Source: Mobula hypostoma
Lineage: Eukaryota
Direction of reading: 5' to 3'
Length of the DNA: 64,000 nt
Assembly: GCF_963921235.1 (NCBI RefSeq)
Contig: NC_086105.1
Span: 128,960,001 to 129,024,000 of the forward strand
Below, in pieces: positions 51,279 through 63,124 of the stretch. Position 1 is the first letter of the stretch; each line of letters starts with the position of its first letter. Position numbers and translations under genes: made by a program. The notes beneath the pieces are model-generated. The model was not told the DNA's origin. It saw nothing but the letters and a program-made list of their open reading frames with translations, and ran no database searches.

Positions 51279-51403
51279 CTGTTGCTTTGTTTGTCCATCA
51301 AAATGGCCTTTTGATTGCCATTAACCAATAATTGGACACATATTGTCCAATTATTGGTTAATGGCAATCAAAAGGCCATTTTGATGGACAAACAAAGCAA
51401 CAG
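51279..51403. repeat. Perfect 60-bp inverted repeat with 5-nt loop
   Basis: 51279-51338 is the exact reverse complement of 51344-51403; loop CATAT. Confidence 0.95.
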
Positions 51404-51413
51404 AATCTTCTGT

Positions 51414-51880
51414 AGCAACACACACGAAATGCTGGAGGAATTTGGCAGATCAGACAGTACCTATAAAGAGGAACACATACAAAATGCTGGAGGAACCTAG
51501 CAGGGCAGGCAGCACCTATGGAAAAGAGTACAGTCAACGTTTCGAGCGTTTCGTTTTATTGTTTGCACAATTTTTTCTGCATTTCGGGTGTTTGACTATC
51601 TTCTTTTTCTATTGCAAGGGTCTTGGCCCGGAACATCGACTGTCATAGATGCTGCCTGGCCTGCTGGGTTCCTCCAGCATTTTGTGTGTGTTGCTTGGAG
51701 TTCCAGCATCTGCAGAGTTTCACTTGTCTGTAGAGAGGAATATCTTTTGTGCTAAAAAGGGACTTGGCCCAAGTGGTCATTGTTTACTCTTTTCCATCGA
51801 TGCAGCCTGACCTGCTGGATTCCTCCAGCATTTTGTGTCTGTTGCCCTGGACCTCCAGCATCTGCAGAACCTCTTGTATT
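51414..51880. mobile_element. Cluster of Penelope pseudo-LTR pieces (two minus, two plus)
   Basis: Family signature in inverted and tandem arrangement around a captured 68-nt segment. Confidence 0.75.
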
Positions 51881-52287
51881 TAGAGTCCACTGGATTTCTC
51901 TGCCTTGTTTCATTAATTTTGATCTACATTATGATGAAGTAAAGGGCTGTTATATTCCAAAACATCTTGATCTAAATATAAAAATGTCAGGCAATAACGA
52001 TGCCAACATTCCTGTGCTTGGAACAGATGCCCAGTGTGTGACAAGTTTGGGAACTATTTCAACTTCCTTTTATAGTCCTGAAAATGTGCAATAACTTTTC
52101 AACGAAGGAATTAATAAAATTGGGGTCAAAGGGTATTGAGTATCTCTGAGCAATAAATTAAGAATGGATGATTTAACAAAAAAATACTTAAACCTGACCC
52201 AATACATTTATGAATATTATGAGTACTTTTATTGTTTGCACAATTTTTTCTGCATTTCGGGTGTTTGACTATCTTCTTTTTCTATTG

Positions 52288-52366
52288 CAAGGGTTTCCAC
52301 CTTGGAGTCTACTGACCCCTCGGTTAATGGTTAGACTCCATGGCATAAAAAAGTTGGGAACCCCTG
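52288..52366. mobile_element. hAT-type MITE, 79 bp
   Basis: Perfect 8-bp TSD TTCTATTG; TIR ..GTTGGGAACCCCTG. Confidence 0.85.
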
Positions 52367-53371
52367 TTCTATTGGGTTTATTTGCTTTGTGGCTGCCAAT
52401 AAGGTGACAAATATCAAGGGTACATATAGTATACATACTTTAGTAACAAATGTACTTTGAACTTTTGTAGATGTTTCCTTTTGGTGTTAATGAAGCCAAC
52501 TCACATTCTTTGCATTTAGGTCCAATAAAGGAATTGGTTAATCTAAAAGCAGATGAAGTAAATGTGGAATACAACCACAAATACTGGAAATATTCTGCTG
52601 GCGAGACTGCACCTGCAGAGAGGGAAGCAAGAGAGAAAACTTGGAGATAATTTAGTTTCAAAGGTACAGAGAAAAATGGGGATAAAAGGCAGGAGGACCG
52701 TATGTTGAAGCAGGTGAAAGGGAGTAGTAAAGTCAATATTGAAGAAAGAGTCATTCTAAACAGAGAAGGACAAATTAAATATGAAATTATCAGAGGAAAC
52801 AAAACAATAAATGTTGGAAATGTGAGATAAATGAACTGTCTTTACCCATCATCTGAAATAATCATATTTAAGTTTTGGATGTTTATAATATGTTGAAATG
52901 AAATGTGAGTGTTGTTCATTAAGCTTAAATAGAACTCAAAATCTTGATTAAGAAATTGTGATATGGCTTAGGGAAATGTGAAGATTTATTAGTAGTTTGA
53001 AACTTCTATTCAAATTTCTGACACATTAGAGACCAAGCTTCTGCACATAAATTAAATGAACAAAATTATGGTTAAAAACATAACGTTTCTATGTAACATT
53101 CAAAGTTTACTGAAGTTAAATGTAGGGAGGAAGATATCCAGTCTCCAAATTCAATGGGGAGCTGTCCCATCAGTCTAATTGCCATTAGCTATGAGGTGAC
53201 TAGTATATGGATCTTCACTGCTTTACCTCTCAGTATTTCCACAGATAAGTTTTTACTGAACACATTGAATTCGCAAAACAAAAATGGAACTGAAGAAATC
53301 ATAACAATATTTGTACAAATTGAAAGGATGTCTATAATTGCAAATCAAACTTGAAAATCTATCTTGCTGAC

Positions 53372-53556
53372 CTGACAGTGTGGCGTAGTCTAGCAAAAAG
53401 TCCAGCCTGTCTGCTGCTTCAAAGATTTCTTCCTTTAGTTTCACGACAAGGACATCAGTAGCCTTTTTCATGTAAGTGTCGAGTTCCACAAGTTCTTCTG
53501 TGCTCTCAGGTACTTCACTGATCCGATCGGATATTTCCTCATACTGCTGACAAATA
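53372..53556 (-). CDS. DNAH3: DNAH3 exon 6 (ICQQYEEI...LLDYATLS)
   Basis: tctag| / |gtcag, 185 nt, phase 2->1. Confidence 0.9.
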
Positions 53557-54015
53557 CTAGAAAGAAAGAAACATGCATCTGTACATTGCCTTTGAGACTC
53601 GGAATGCATACTGCAGATATAGGGATTATAGACCGATAATTCCAAGGTAATCAGACACCACCAACAACAGGAGGGTAATCTTCCAGTCCTCTTTCAGCAG
53701 TGAATATGCCTTAAACCACTTGTTCTGAAGTAAGTGTTGGGTTGTAGTTAGGTATTATGTTGCATTGATCTCTGATAGTTTCAGTGTTATTATTAGGATT
53801 AGGGCTGAGTGCAGATTAGATCTAGATTAATGTTCCTCTTGAAACAGAAGATTATTAGACCTCACCAAAGGCACAGGGAAATAATTTCAACATCAGTCAA
53901 GGGGAAACCCAAATAGAAGACAGAAAATACTAGAAACACTCAGCATGTTGAGTCTTCATTCTAATAACATTAATTCTGCTTCTCTTTTTAGACGTAGCCT
54001 GACCTGCTGAGTATC

Positions 54016-54287
54016 ACTTTATCAATTCATTGAGATACAGCGCGGAATAGGCCCTTAAGCCCATTTGAGCCGAGCTGTCCAGCAATCCCCCTGATTCACA
54101 GGACAATTTACAATGACCAACTAACCTACCTACTAACTGGTGCATCTTGGGACTGTGGGAGGAAACGGGGCACCCGGAGGAAATCCACACGGTCACGGTG
54201 AGAACACACAAACTCTTTACAGGCAGCAGCAGGAATTGAACCCAGGTCACCTGTACTGTAAAGCGTTGTGCTAACCACTACACTGCA
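54016..54287 (-). mobile_element. tRNA-derived V-SINE (HE1-like)
   Basis: Reverse-complement relative of 43136-43402. Confidence 0.8.
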
Positions 54288-54797
54288 CTCTGCTTTTATG
54301 TAAGCAGCATAAAACAATGAGGTTTACATTACTGTACAAACTCTTAGCATTCATTCAATGCAGTATGCAGTCTGCTCAAAAAGTTGGCGTGAGGAAGTAT
54401 CCTTTTCCAAATACAAATGAACTGCATTCTATAAAATGCTCTACTCAGGCAGCATAGCTTATTTTTTTTTCCAAAGAAAGGTTCTCTGCAAGACTACTTT
54501 AAAATATAACATGTCTTAAGATAGCATTTCTGGAGATTTACAGCATCTTATTTCTCTGCAGGCTGTTTGATGCCTCGAGAAGTCAACTGATGTCAGATTT
54601 TCAGTGCAGATAATTACATGGCCATAACTTCTCCAGCTGGAATCAGCAGCACCACTCCTCAGAAGCCACTGGCGAACTTCAGCAGAATTGATTAGAGCAC
54701 ATTTTCTCACATGCACACCTCCTTCTTCTCAGTGCTAACCCCAGAAACAGCACCCATTTCCTAACAAGTACTGAAAATGTCAAACTTTTCGATTTAC

Positions 54798-54976
54798 CTC
54801 GAGTTTAGTTTCTGATTTTCCTGCACCACAGACTCAGTTAAAGTCTGCTTCAGTTTTCTGGCACGAGCACAGAGGTCTGCATTCAGGCCGACGGCATCAA
54901 GACAAAACATTGCGAGTGGGACAGTAACGTGCATCAGGGCGATTTCATTGCACAGTTTCTGCAAGCTGTCTATTTT
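54798..54976 (-). CDS. DNAH3: DNAH3 exon 5 (KIDSLQ...VPLAMFCLDA...QKLNS)
   Basis: cccag| / |gtaaa, 179 nt, phase 0->2. Confidence 0.9.
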
Positions 54977-56127
54977 CTGGGAGTGAAGAGCAGTGGGTTA
55001 ACAAAGATTCAGCAAACAACAGATATTACAACCAACTAATCTTTAACCTCTTCTATGCAATACTTTCCCAGTGCAAGCAGTATAGGATACTTCTACCGGT
55101 TGAAAAGTACCAGGCTTCAAAATGTTTCCTAGTCAAATTGAAAAGTCTCTCAATCATTTCATCAAGTTAAAAATATTGGTGATGTAAGATTTACAGTGAC
55201 ATAAATAGATGAGGTTACATCAGTGTACAAATTATTTGCATTAATTTAATTCAGTATGCATATTCCTACTTATAATTTTTCATTGCCTAAAGAAAAGTTT
55301 GAAAAATGAGTGGAATATTTGTAATGTGCTGTAGATTTCTATGTTCTATGTTCTATGAGAAGAGAATATGACATCACTTTATTATGAAGCACAGCATAAA
55401 CTAAAGCATATTTTACATTCCCCTCAGTTATTTTTTGGGTACTGCTTGTAATTGCTGCACCTGCACAGCAAGTTTCTAAGCCGTACCTTTCCTTCCTTGG
55501 GCATGGGACCAAAGCTGCAGACTCTTTAAGTGGATGAACAAATCACCGGACAATCTCAGCAAGACTTTCTTCCTCTTATGTATCAATATTACCCCTCCTT
55601 ATAAAAGTAAACTCTTGACCTGCCTTCCCAACCATTTGCTTGTTAAACCTTGTTAAACCGATGGTAAATAAGTCATTTCCTAATTATCCACCATTTGTCA
55701 TAGATTAAATAATTTATTATTACGCTGGAACAAGGAGCATCCAGCATAATAATAGAACAAGTACTACAGGCATTTATTTTAACTACAGGTGTTTTTTAAT
55801 GTAGAACCATTGTACTGAATCATCGCATTGGTTCCTCAAATTATCATGCTTATGTTATTGTTTTAAGCCTGTTCTGAAGACGGGACTATTTCACCAAATG
55901 CAAAATAAAAATGCAAAATTTATTTAACGTAACTGCTGGTATAGGGATATAAGTCTTCTAAGAATCTGGCTTAAACCAATTGATAGCTACAGGCTGGCAC
56001 CATTCACATGTAATAACCCTGTTACACAGTGAAGTGTATTGTGTTCTGTTACAGTGAACTTACTAGTGGGGTAACTAACAAAACACAATATACTTGGAGC
56101 ATAACGCAATACACGACAGAACACAAT

Positions 56128-56498
56128 AACAAGGATGTTGCTGGAATTTCAGGACCTAAGATTCAATAGTTTGGGACTTTATTCCCTAGAGCATGGGAAA
56201 ATGACGGGAGATCTTATCAAGGGGCATAAATAAGGTGAATGCATGCAGGCTTTTTGAGTGAGGCTAGAATAGAGATCACAGGATATTTAAAGGGATTCTC
56301 AGGGGTAACTGCTTCACTTAGAGGATGGTGTGAGTGTAGAACGAGCTGTCAGTGGAAGTAGTAGATGAGGGTTTAAGAGAAGTTTGGGTGGATACGTAGA
56401 TGAGAGGGTTGTGGGGGGTTACGGTCTGGGTGCAGGTAGAAGGCTAGGTTAGCATAGACTAGATGGGCTGAAGGGACTATTTCTGGGCTATAGTATTC
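56128..56498 (+). mobile_element. Decayed CR1 3' fragment
   Basis: AACAAGGATGTTG..GGGAGATCTTAT..GGGCTGAAGGG 3' UTR. Confidence 0.6.
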
Positions 56499-56724
56499 TA
56501 CGAATAAAGTTACAGTGAAATGAAGTTTGGACTCACGTTCCTGATTAATATGTATGCAAGACAGATGCAAAAAGTATAATATAACAAAAGCCAATGACAC
56601 ACCTTTATCATTAAGATGTCTAAAGTGTGTTCTGAAATAACTTCAGAAAAGCAGCAGAGATGTTTAAATATGCACTCTCTTTGTTTCTGAAATAAATCAG
56701 GATTTACAATTTTTCATGTATACC

Positions 56725-58853
56725 TATGAAATTCGAGCAGCCGTAGTTAAAACAAAACATAACAGAGCAACTGGTCCAGACAACATCGCCGTTGAAATGA
56801 TACTGGCCTTAGAAGATTTTGGAATAGAGAAAATAACAGAAATAGCAAATTAAATCTATGATCATGGGGAGATACCTGATGATTTAAGTAAATCAGTGTT
56901 CATCACACTTCCAAAGAAAGAGGGAGCAACAGAATGTGAGTTACATCGTACAATAAGCCTGATGAGCCACGTGGCAAAAATTATTCTCAGAGTAATCATG
57001 ATGAGAGCAAGACGCTGTATAAAACCAGAAATCAGTAAAGAACAATGTGGCTTTGTGGAAAACACTGGAACTAGAAATGCAATTTTCATGCTACAGCTGA
57101 TGTGTGAACAAGCCATCCAGGTACAAAAAGACATCTACCTACATTTCATTGACTATACAAAAGCTTTTGACACTGTCAGATAGCAAGATCTTCTGGAAAT
57201 GCTTCAAGATCTTGACATAGATGGGAAAGATATATGTTTCTTGAGAAACTTATACTGGGACCAGACAGCATCCATCAGAATAGAAGTGAGTGAGTATGTG
57301 AATATCATGAGAGGAGTCAGGCAAAGTTGTGCCTTTTCTCCAGACTTATTCAACCTGTATAGTGAAAATATCTTGACAAGTATCAAAGACATCAAAGGAT
57401 TCACAATTGGAGGCCATTTTGTAACATCAGATATGCTGATGACATCGTACTAATAGCTGACTCAGAAACAAAACTTCAAGAACTATTCACTATAATGGCA
57501 GCAGAAAGTAATCGCAGAGGCCTCTCAATCAACACCAAGACGACAGAAAGCATGGTCATCTCCAGAAAGACAAACATCCCACAATGTGTGATCAAGATCA
57601 GAAATACAAACATCAAACAAGTCAACAAATGTGCGGGAAGAGAAGATGGCGGCGCGACGCAGCGCACACAGCCCTCTGGTGAAATGATATCGTATTTGTA
57701 AGTAGGATGCCATGCACAATTCTGATTTGATGGAGACAGATGTGAGAAGGCACAGAGGAACATCTGGAGAAATTTCTGAAATGCCCAGTTTGCTGCCGCT
57801 GCTACTGTGCGATCGAGAATCTCCGGAGGGAAGGCCCCAAAATCCCCGGCTTTGCCTGCTGCTGGCAACCGAGGCTGAGGTCGAAGCGTTCGACAGAGAT
57901 GGCGCGCGGTACTCGGTGTCAGAGGGCTGATCGGAGCTCGAAGTTTCGGACGACTCAGAGTCGGACTGTGGTCGGACATGGCAGAGAGAGTTTTCTTCTG
58001 TCTCCCGTCTGCGTGAGATGTGGTGCTTTCGAGAGACTCTGAACTTTTTTACTGTGCCATGGCCTGTTCTTCATCAAGTTATGACATTGTTGCACTGTTG
58101 TAACTATATGTTATAATTATGTGGTTTTTGTTAGTTTTTCAGTCTTGGTCTGTCCTGTGTTTCTGTGATATCACACCGGAGGAATATTGTATCATTTCTT
58201 AATGCATGCATTACTAAATGACAATAAAAGAGGACTGCGTGTCCTTGTAATCTAATCTAATCTAAAAATTCAAATATCTTGGCAGCCTAATAACAAGTAA
58301 TGGCAGGTGCGACACAGATATCAAATACAGAATAGCAATGGCGAAAGAAGCTTTCCAAAAAATGAAGACCATATTAACAGACAGAAAGATGAGCACATAC
58401 ACTAAAAACAGAATACTGCAGTGCTACATTTATTCTATCCTGACTTATGGAAGTGAATGCTGGACCATTTCTCCAGCAATGGAAAAGAGACTAGAAGCAG
58501 CTGAATTATGGTTCTACAGGAGAATGTTGAAAATATCATGGACCACACACACATCAAATGAAAAAGTTCTCAGAAGAGCCCAAGCAGTTCGATCACTCAT
58601 ACCAACAATAAGAGAAAGACAACTCAGATTTCTAGGACACATCATGCAGAAAGATGAAGTAGAAAAACTCATACTCTCTGGAAAGATTGAGGGGAGTAAA
58701 CCTAGAGGAAGACCTCGGCTTATGTACATCAAAAGCATAGCCAGGTGGCTACATGTCGAGGAAATGGAAGTCATCCAAAAAACGAAGGATAGATCTATAT
58801 GGAAAACCATGGTCACCAAAGTCCGCATTGTATATGGTACCTAGACAGACAGA
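56725..58853 (+). mobile_element. RTE (BovB-like) LINE RT region, pseudogenised and split by a nested insertion
   Basis: ITLPKK..HRTISLMSH, FIDYTKAFDTV, GVRQSCAFSPDLFNLY, YADD (frameshifted), FKYLGS, YGSECW, GKIEGSKPRGRPR; (AGAC)n tail. Confidence 0.9.
57631..58265 (+). mobile_element. Non-autonomous retroelement nested in the RTE
   Basis: Interrupts KQVNK|FKYLGS with AAAT duplication; AAGATGGCGGC at 5' end; AATAAA plus (ATCTA)n tail. Confidence 0.8.
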
Positions 58854-58901
58854 CATATGGATCTACTTCGAGAGTTATGCCAAAGCTGGCAGGGTACTTA
58901 C

Positions 58902-59007
58902 CTTTATGAATGCTTCCATTGAATGTTTCTCTGACAAAAATGTAGCAACTTCTTGCTCTGCCTTATTGTTCAAAAGATCAGTATATATTTTATACACATT
59001 TAGATAG
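58902..59007 (-). CDS. DNAH3: DNAH3 exon 4 (YLNVYK...MEAFIK)
   Basis: tttag| / |gtaagt, 106 nt, phase 2->0. Confidence 0.9.
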
Positions 59008-59569
59008 CTAAACAAAAGAGAAAATTATGAAGTTACTTGCAAAAAATATCTTCAACTTGACATATTTTGATATGGACTTCTAAAAGAAAGCAAATTAAAT
59101 TTACATTTTATGCAAGTCTTAATAACCATCAGGGAAAAGTGGCACAAAACAGGATTATGTCAGTTTGATTTCATCTCTGTGTAAGTCCTTAGAATTTGAA
59201 AACCAGACTCTGCAAGGTAGATCTTAGCTCAGAAGCCATGAGGGAACCTAGGACTGTTCTGTAGGTTAGAAACCAGGATACCTAAGTATCCAAAAAAATC
59301 CTGCACATCCTTACATTTTTCCCTGAGGAATTTGTGGCAATCATAAGCCAACTAAGTTAATCGCCTTGGATAAGGGTTACTGTGATTGCATTCCTACAAT
59401 ACGGGGCATTGATGGGCGAAGCTTGGTGTATGTGGTGTTTGTCAGAGAGTTTGTTGTGAATGGGACCACAATAAGCCTCATCATACAGAAGAATTAGGAT
59501 ATCAGAGATGATTCAATGGGCCAATGTCTCTTCTGTAACAACTGATATAATGTGAAAAGACAAGCATCT

Positions 59570-59950
59570 GGAAGTCAGGCACTTCCCATTCAACTGAAGA
59601 AGGAGCTACTTTTGTCCATTTAACCTCTTTCCTTCCCATCACCCAAGGATCCAAACAATCCTTGCAATTCACTCGTAGTTCTTCCATTCTGATCTACTGT
59701 ATTATATTCACAATGAGACCTTCTCTGCATTGGACTGGGCAGACTGGGTGTCCCTGTGTAGCACCTGCACTCACTCTGCAGGGGTCACCTGAGTTTATCA
59801 TAGCGTGCCACTTTCATCCTCAATCCCACTCCCATTCCAACTGGTCTGTCTGCAGCCTCTTCCACTGCTGTAACGCGGCAGTGCTTAAACTACAACAACA
59901 TCTCATCTTCCATCCGGCCATGTGACAAACTTTGCAGTAAATGTTAATTT
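59570..59950 (+). mobile_element. Decayed Penelope GIY-YIG fragment
   Basis: FTRSSSILIYCI..ACHF..QQHLIFH remnants. Confidence 0.6.
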
Positions 59951-60703
59951 TTCCCACCATGCGATAAGCTACTTCCTTATCGTCTCCCATTATAATTTTT
60001 GTCCCTTTCTCCTCATTTGTTTAAAATCTATTGCTAGTAATCAGTGCTTACGCACCTTAGCACCTAAACTGTCTTAATATATCTCCATAGAATCTTCAGA
60101 AGGCAAAAGAGACAGAATATGGAATGAAAAACATAACACTGGAAGAATTCAGCAGGTCAAACTGTATCAGTGGAAGCAAGAGATGCAAGTTGGTGAGTCG
60201 GGTCGAGACCCTGCATCAGGAGGGAAATATCTGCTTTGCCAAATTACTCCCTGCATTCAATTATGAAAACATACCACAAAAGATGGAGTTACATTCCCTG
60301 GCATTTGAAAGTTTGGCAATAAATTCAATTGTATTTTAATTACTAGCATGTAATTAAATAATCCAAGGATTTGATTAGGGTATATACTGAGGTATCATTA
60401 GCTCTGATTTGGTTACCCAAAATAAACATTCTTAAAATAGTTAATGGGCTCGTTATGCCTTAAACTAGGAAATAAATATTCACAACAAGTATAGAGAAGG
60501 CGTGGGATTTCCCCTCTTAAAAAGGTCATGGATGCTCAGAATTTTCAAGAAAGATCACAGTTTCTTGTTGTGGAAAAGCTATGGTATAAAACAAATAAAC
60601 TTAATAGTATAAAATACAATTAAATTTATTCCAATTATACAATTTATTACTCCAGAACTCAACATCCTGTTTTCAAACACACAACAATTACATGCAGATT
60701 TAC

Positions 60704-60840
60704 CTTTGAGGCCCAATAATATTTACATTAAAAATGTCCATGGTTTTACTGATAATTTCATTGACAAGGGATTCCTCTTCATGTACTGTACGAAGAATGA
60801 GATTTTTGTCTGAAAGATCAGGAAACAATTCACATTCCAC
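60704..60840 (-). CDS. DNAH3: DNAH3 exon 3 (VECELFPDL...IIGPQ)
   Basis: aatag| / |gtaaa, 137 nt, phase 0->2; not in ORF track. Confidence 0.88.
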
Positions 60841-61364
60841 CTATTACAGAAAACCAAAATAAATTAGCAGCAACTGAGTAGCCCCTTGAGAATGCAGGTA
60901 TTCTCTTCAATGATTAGTACAGCACCTTCAATGCCAACAATTATAACTCGATGTGGTGAAGGCTTTCAATAGCGGAAAGATAACAGAAATAAATATCTAT
61001 CATCCAGCCGCTATGTAACTTAGGAGTACCAATGCTTTAAGCGGCGAACTTTATTAGAAGTTTAAGTATTCTGTGCTCAGGCGGCCTAGCCCTCTTGAGC
61101 AACTGGATTATCCATCAATACGACAATGCAGCACCAGGGAGTCTTAGGGGCTACGTAAATCAAGGAAGAAAAAATTTTAGAGGAGTAGATGGCAGAATTT
61201 TGTGACATCCAACGTTTAGTGCAAATGCAGGACAGTTGGCTTTTGATCCCCATTTTCATTCAACAGTCGCTAAAACAGTTTCCTGAAGAACTCAAAATCA
61301 AACCTGTTCAACATTAATATTATCAGATGTTTTCTATTAACAAAGGATTAAGATTACTAGATAC

Positions 61365-61544
61365 CTTATGAATTCCATCTGCACTGTTCAGAATTGCCAT
61401 GTAACATCGATTAATCAGATCCCAACATTCATCCACGCTCGGTTCAAAAATTATTTTAGGCTCTTCTACTTTGAGTTTGAGTATCATGATTTGTGGCCTA
61501 ACGTATTGCAACTCATGGAATTCATCTCCAAAATCATTCCCATC
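61365..61544 (-). CDS. DNAH3: DNAH3 exon 2 (DGNDFGDEF...ADGIHK)
   Basis: gatag| / |gtatc, 180 nt, phase 0->0. Confidence 0.9.
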
Positions 61545-61719
61545 CTATCAGAAAAATAGCATAAGTTCTAATGACAAAAGCCCTTCTATATTATTAAATA
61601 CTTTTCAATGAAGCTCATAAAAAAACTTACAGTATAAAAGTTTACAAGCCTGTTGAAGATTAACAGGGTAGCATTGATTAATATATATTAATACTTTGTA
61701 CATGTGTACTGCATGTGCA

Positions 61720-61730
61720 TATGTATGTGC

Positions 61731-61767
<37 letters not shown>
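61720..61767. repeat. (TG)n(TA)n microsatellite
   Basis: Direct reading. Confidence 0.9.
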
Positions 61768-61789
61768 AAATAAATAAAAATGTTTCTAT

Positions 61790-62160
61790 TTATTCATTTA
61801 CAGGATGTGGGCATCACCAGATAAGCCAGTATTTATTGCCCATCCCCAGCTGCCCTTGATAAGGTGGTGATGAGCTGCCTTTGTGAATCGCTGCAGTCCC
61901 TGAGATGTAGGTATACCCTCACTGCTGTTAGGGAGGGAATTCCCTAACCTTGACCCCACAACAATGAAGGAACAGCGATATGTTTCCAAGTCAGATGGTG
62001 AGCGACCTGGAGGAGGAATTCCAAGTAGTGGTGTTCCCAGGTATCTGCTGTTCTCATCCTTCTAGATGGTAGTGGTCGTGGGTCTGGAAGGTGCTGCCTT
62101 AAGGAACTTTGGTGTGTTGTTGCAGTGCATCTTGTAGATAGTACATACTGTTGCAACTGC
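61790..62160 (-). mobile_element. CR1/L2-group LINE 3' fragment
   Basis: NSLPNS..GLQRFTKAAHHHL remnant and AATAAA tail; shorter relatives at about 38505, 44700-45580 and 63290. Confidence 0.6.
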
Positions 62161-62577
62161 AATATATATATATAAACATCTTTAATCTAGCAAGACATTT
62201 CATAAGTGCCTATGAAAATAGGACAGCTGACCAAGATTTTGGTTGATAAGATAGGCATTCAAGTCATCTTAGATGAAGGAAGGAAGATAGAGAAAAGGGA
62301 GAATTAGAGAAGGGTATTCCAAAGCTTAGAGCCTTGACCATTGATGGAGCAATCGATTTCAACAGATCAGGAAGATATAAAAAAGAGAGAAGTGGATATT
62401 TTAGAGGCCTTCAGGGCTGGGGGGAGATGACTAAGAGGAAGGATTAATCCATCAGGAAGTGACATTAAGGATGAATCAAGGTATTCTTTATCTCAGAGCT
62501 TACACAGCTCAGGGAGTGCATTGGAGACTGGAGAATGGGTCTGTGCAAGTTACGGTACAGACAGAAATACTTTAGGT

Positions 62578-62641
62578 CATGGGTTCCCAAACCTTTTTAT
62601 GCCATAAACCAATACCGTTAATCCCAGGTTGGGAACCCCTC
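62578..62641. mobile_element. hAT-type MITE, internally deleted (64 bp)
   Basis: Perfect 8-bp TSD CTTTAGGT; TIRs GGGTTCCCAA / TTGGGAACCC. Confidence 0.85.
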
Positions 62642-62928
62642 CTTTAGGTCTTTCAAGCGTGCTGAGGATAGAATAAGAGAGGCCAACTGGGAGTGCACAG
62701 AATAGCAATGTCCAATAGTAACAAATAAGTGGTATATGTTAAACTTTTCATATTGAGTGACATAAATACGACAACATAATTGTGTTTGCAAATGCTAAAT
62801 AATATTCCTAATGACTGCTAAGTATCTCTAATGTTTATTCAGTCAGTTACTATCTCTATAACCCTTCATTGATGCACGTCAGGTTATTTCTACTAGCTCA
62901 AGAATCTTAAAAGGTATCTCTAAAATAC

Positions 62929-63124
62929 CTTGTGTACAGTAAAAAATGACAGGAGATCCTCCAAAGACTTGATAACAGCTCCCCTCAGCTGTAGAGACAT
63001 AACAGAGCCAGCACATGCAAAGAATTCCTTAACTTGCTGAGTAGATTCGCAGTCGTTAGGTGGTACTAAATGCATCCATTTTTCTTTGTGAGTCAGGAAA
63101 AGAGCAGCGCAGGTTGGGACCCAT
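62929..63124 (-). CDS. DNAH3: DNAH3 exon 1 of 34 in window (WVPTCAALF...FFTVHK)
   Basis: ttcag| acceptor, |gtatt donor, 196 nt, phase 2->0. Confidence 0.9.

Larger units (their letters stand above)
875..63124 (-). other. DNAH3: Dynein axonemal heavy chain 3 gene, internal part (34 coding exons; 5' and 3' ends outside window)
   Basis: 34 GT-AG exons with compatible phases sum to 5150 nt. P-loops [16 protein letters not shown] and GPTGTGKS are present. Segments such as WVPTCAALF..SLQLR..VIKSLEDL and MDDNNPRPKSVKLTKNNIFPERG match DNAH3 as recalled, rather than DNAH7/DNAH12. Confidence 0.9.

Noticed and set aside
875-63124. Assignment to DNAH7 or DNAH12
   Set aside because: The less-conserved tail and AAA2-AAA3 linker segments fit DNAH3 better as recalled; a phylogeny or reciprocal BLAST would be decisive
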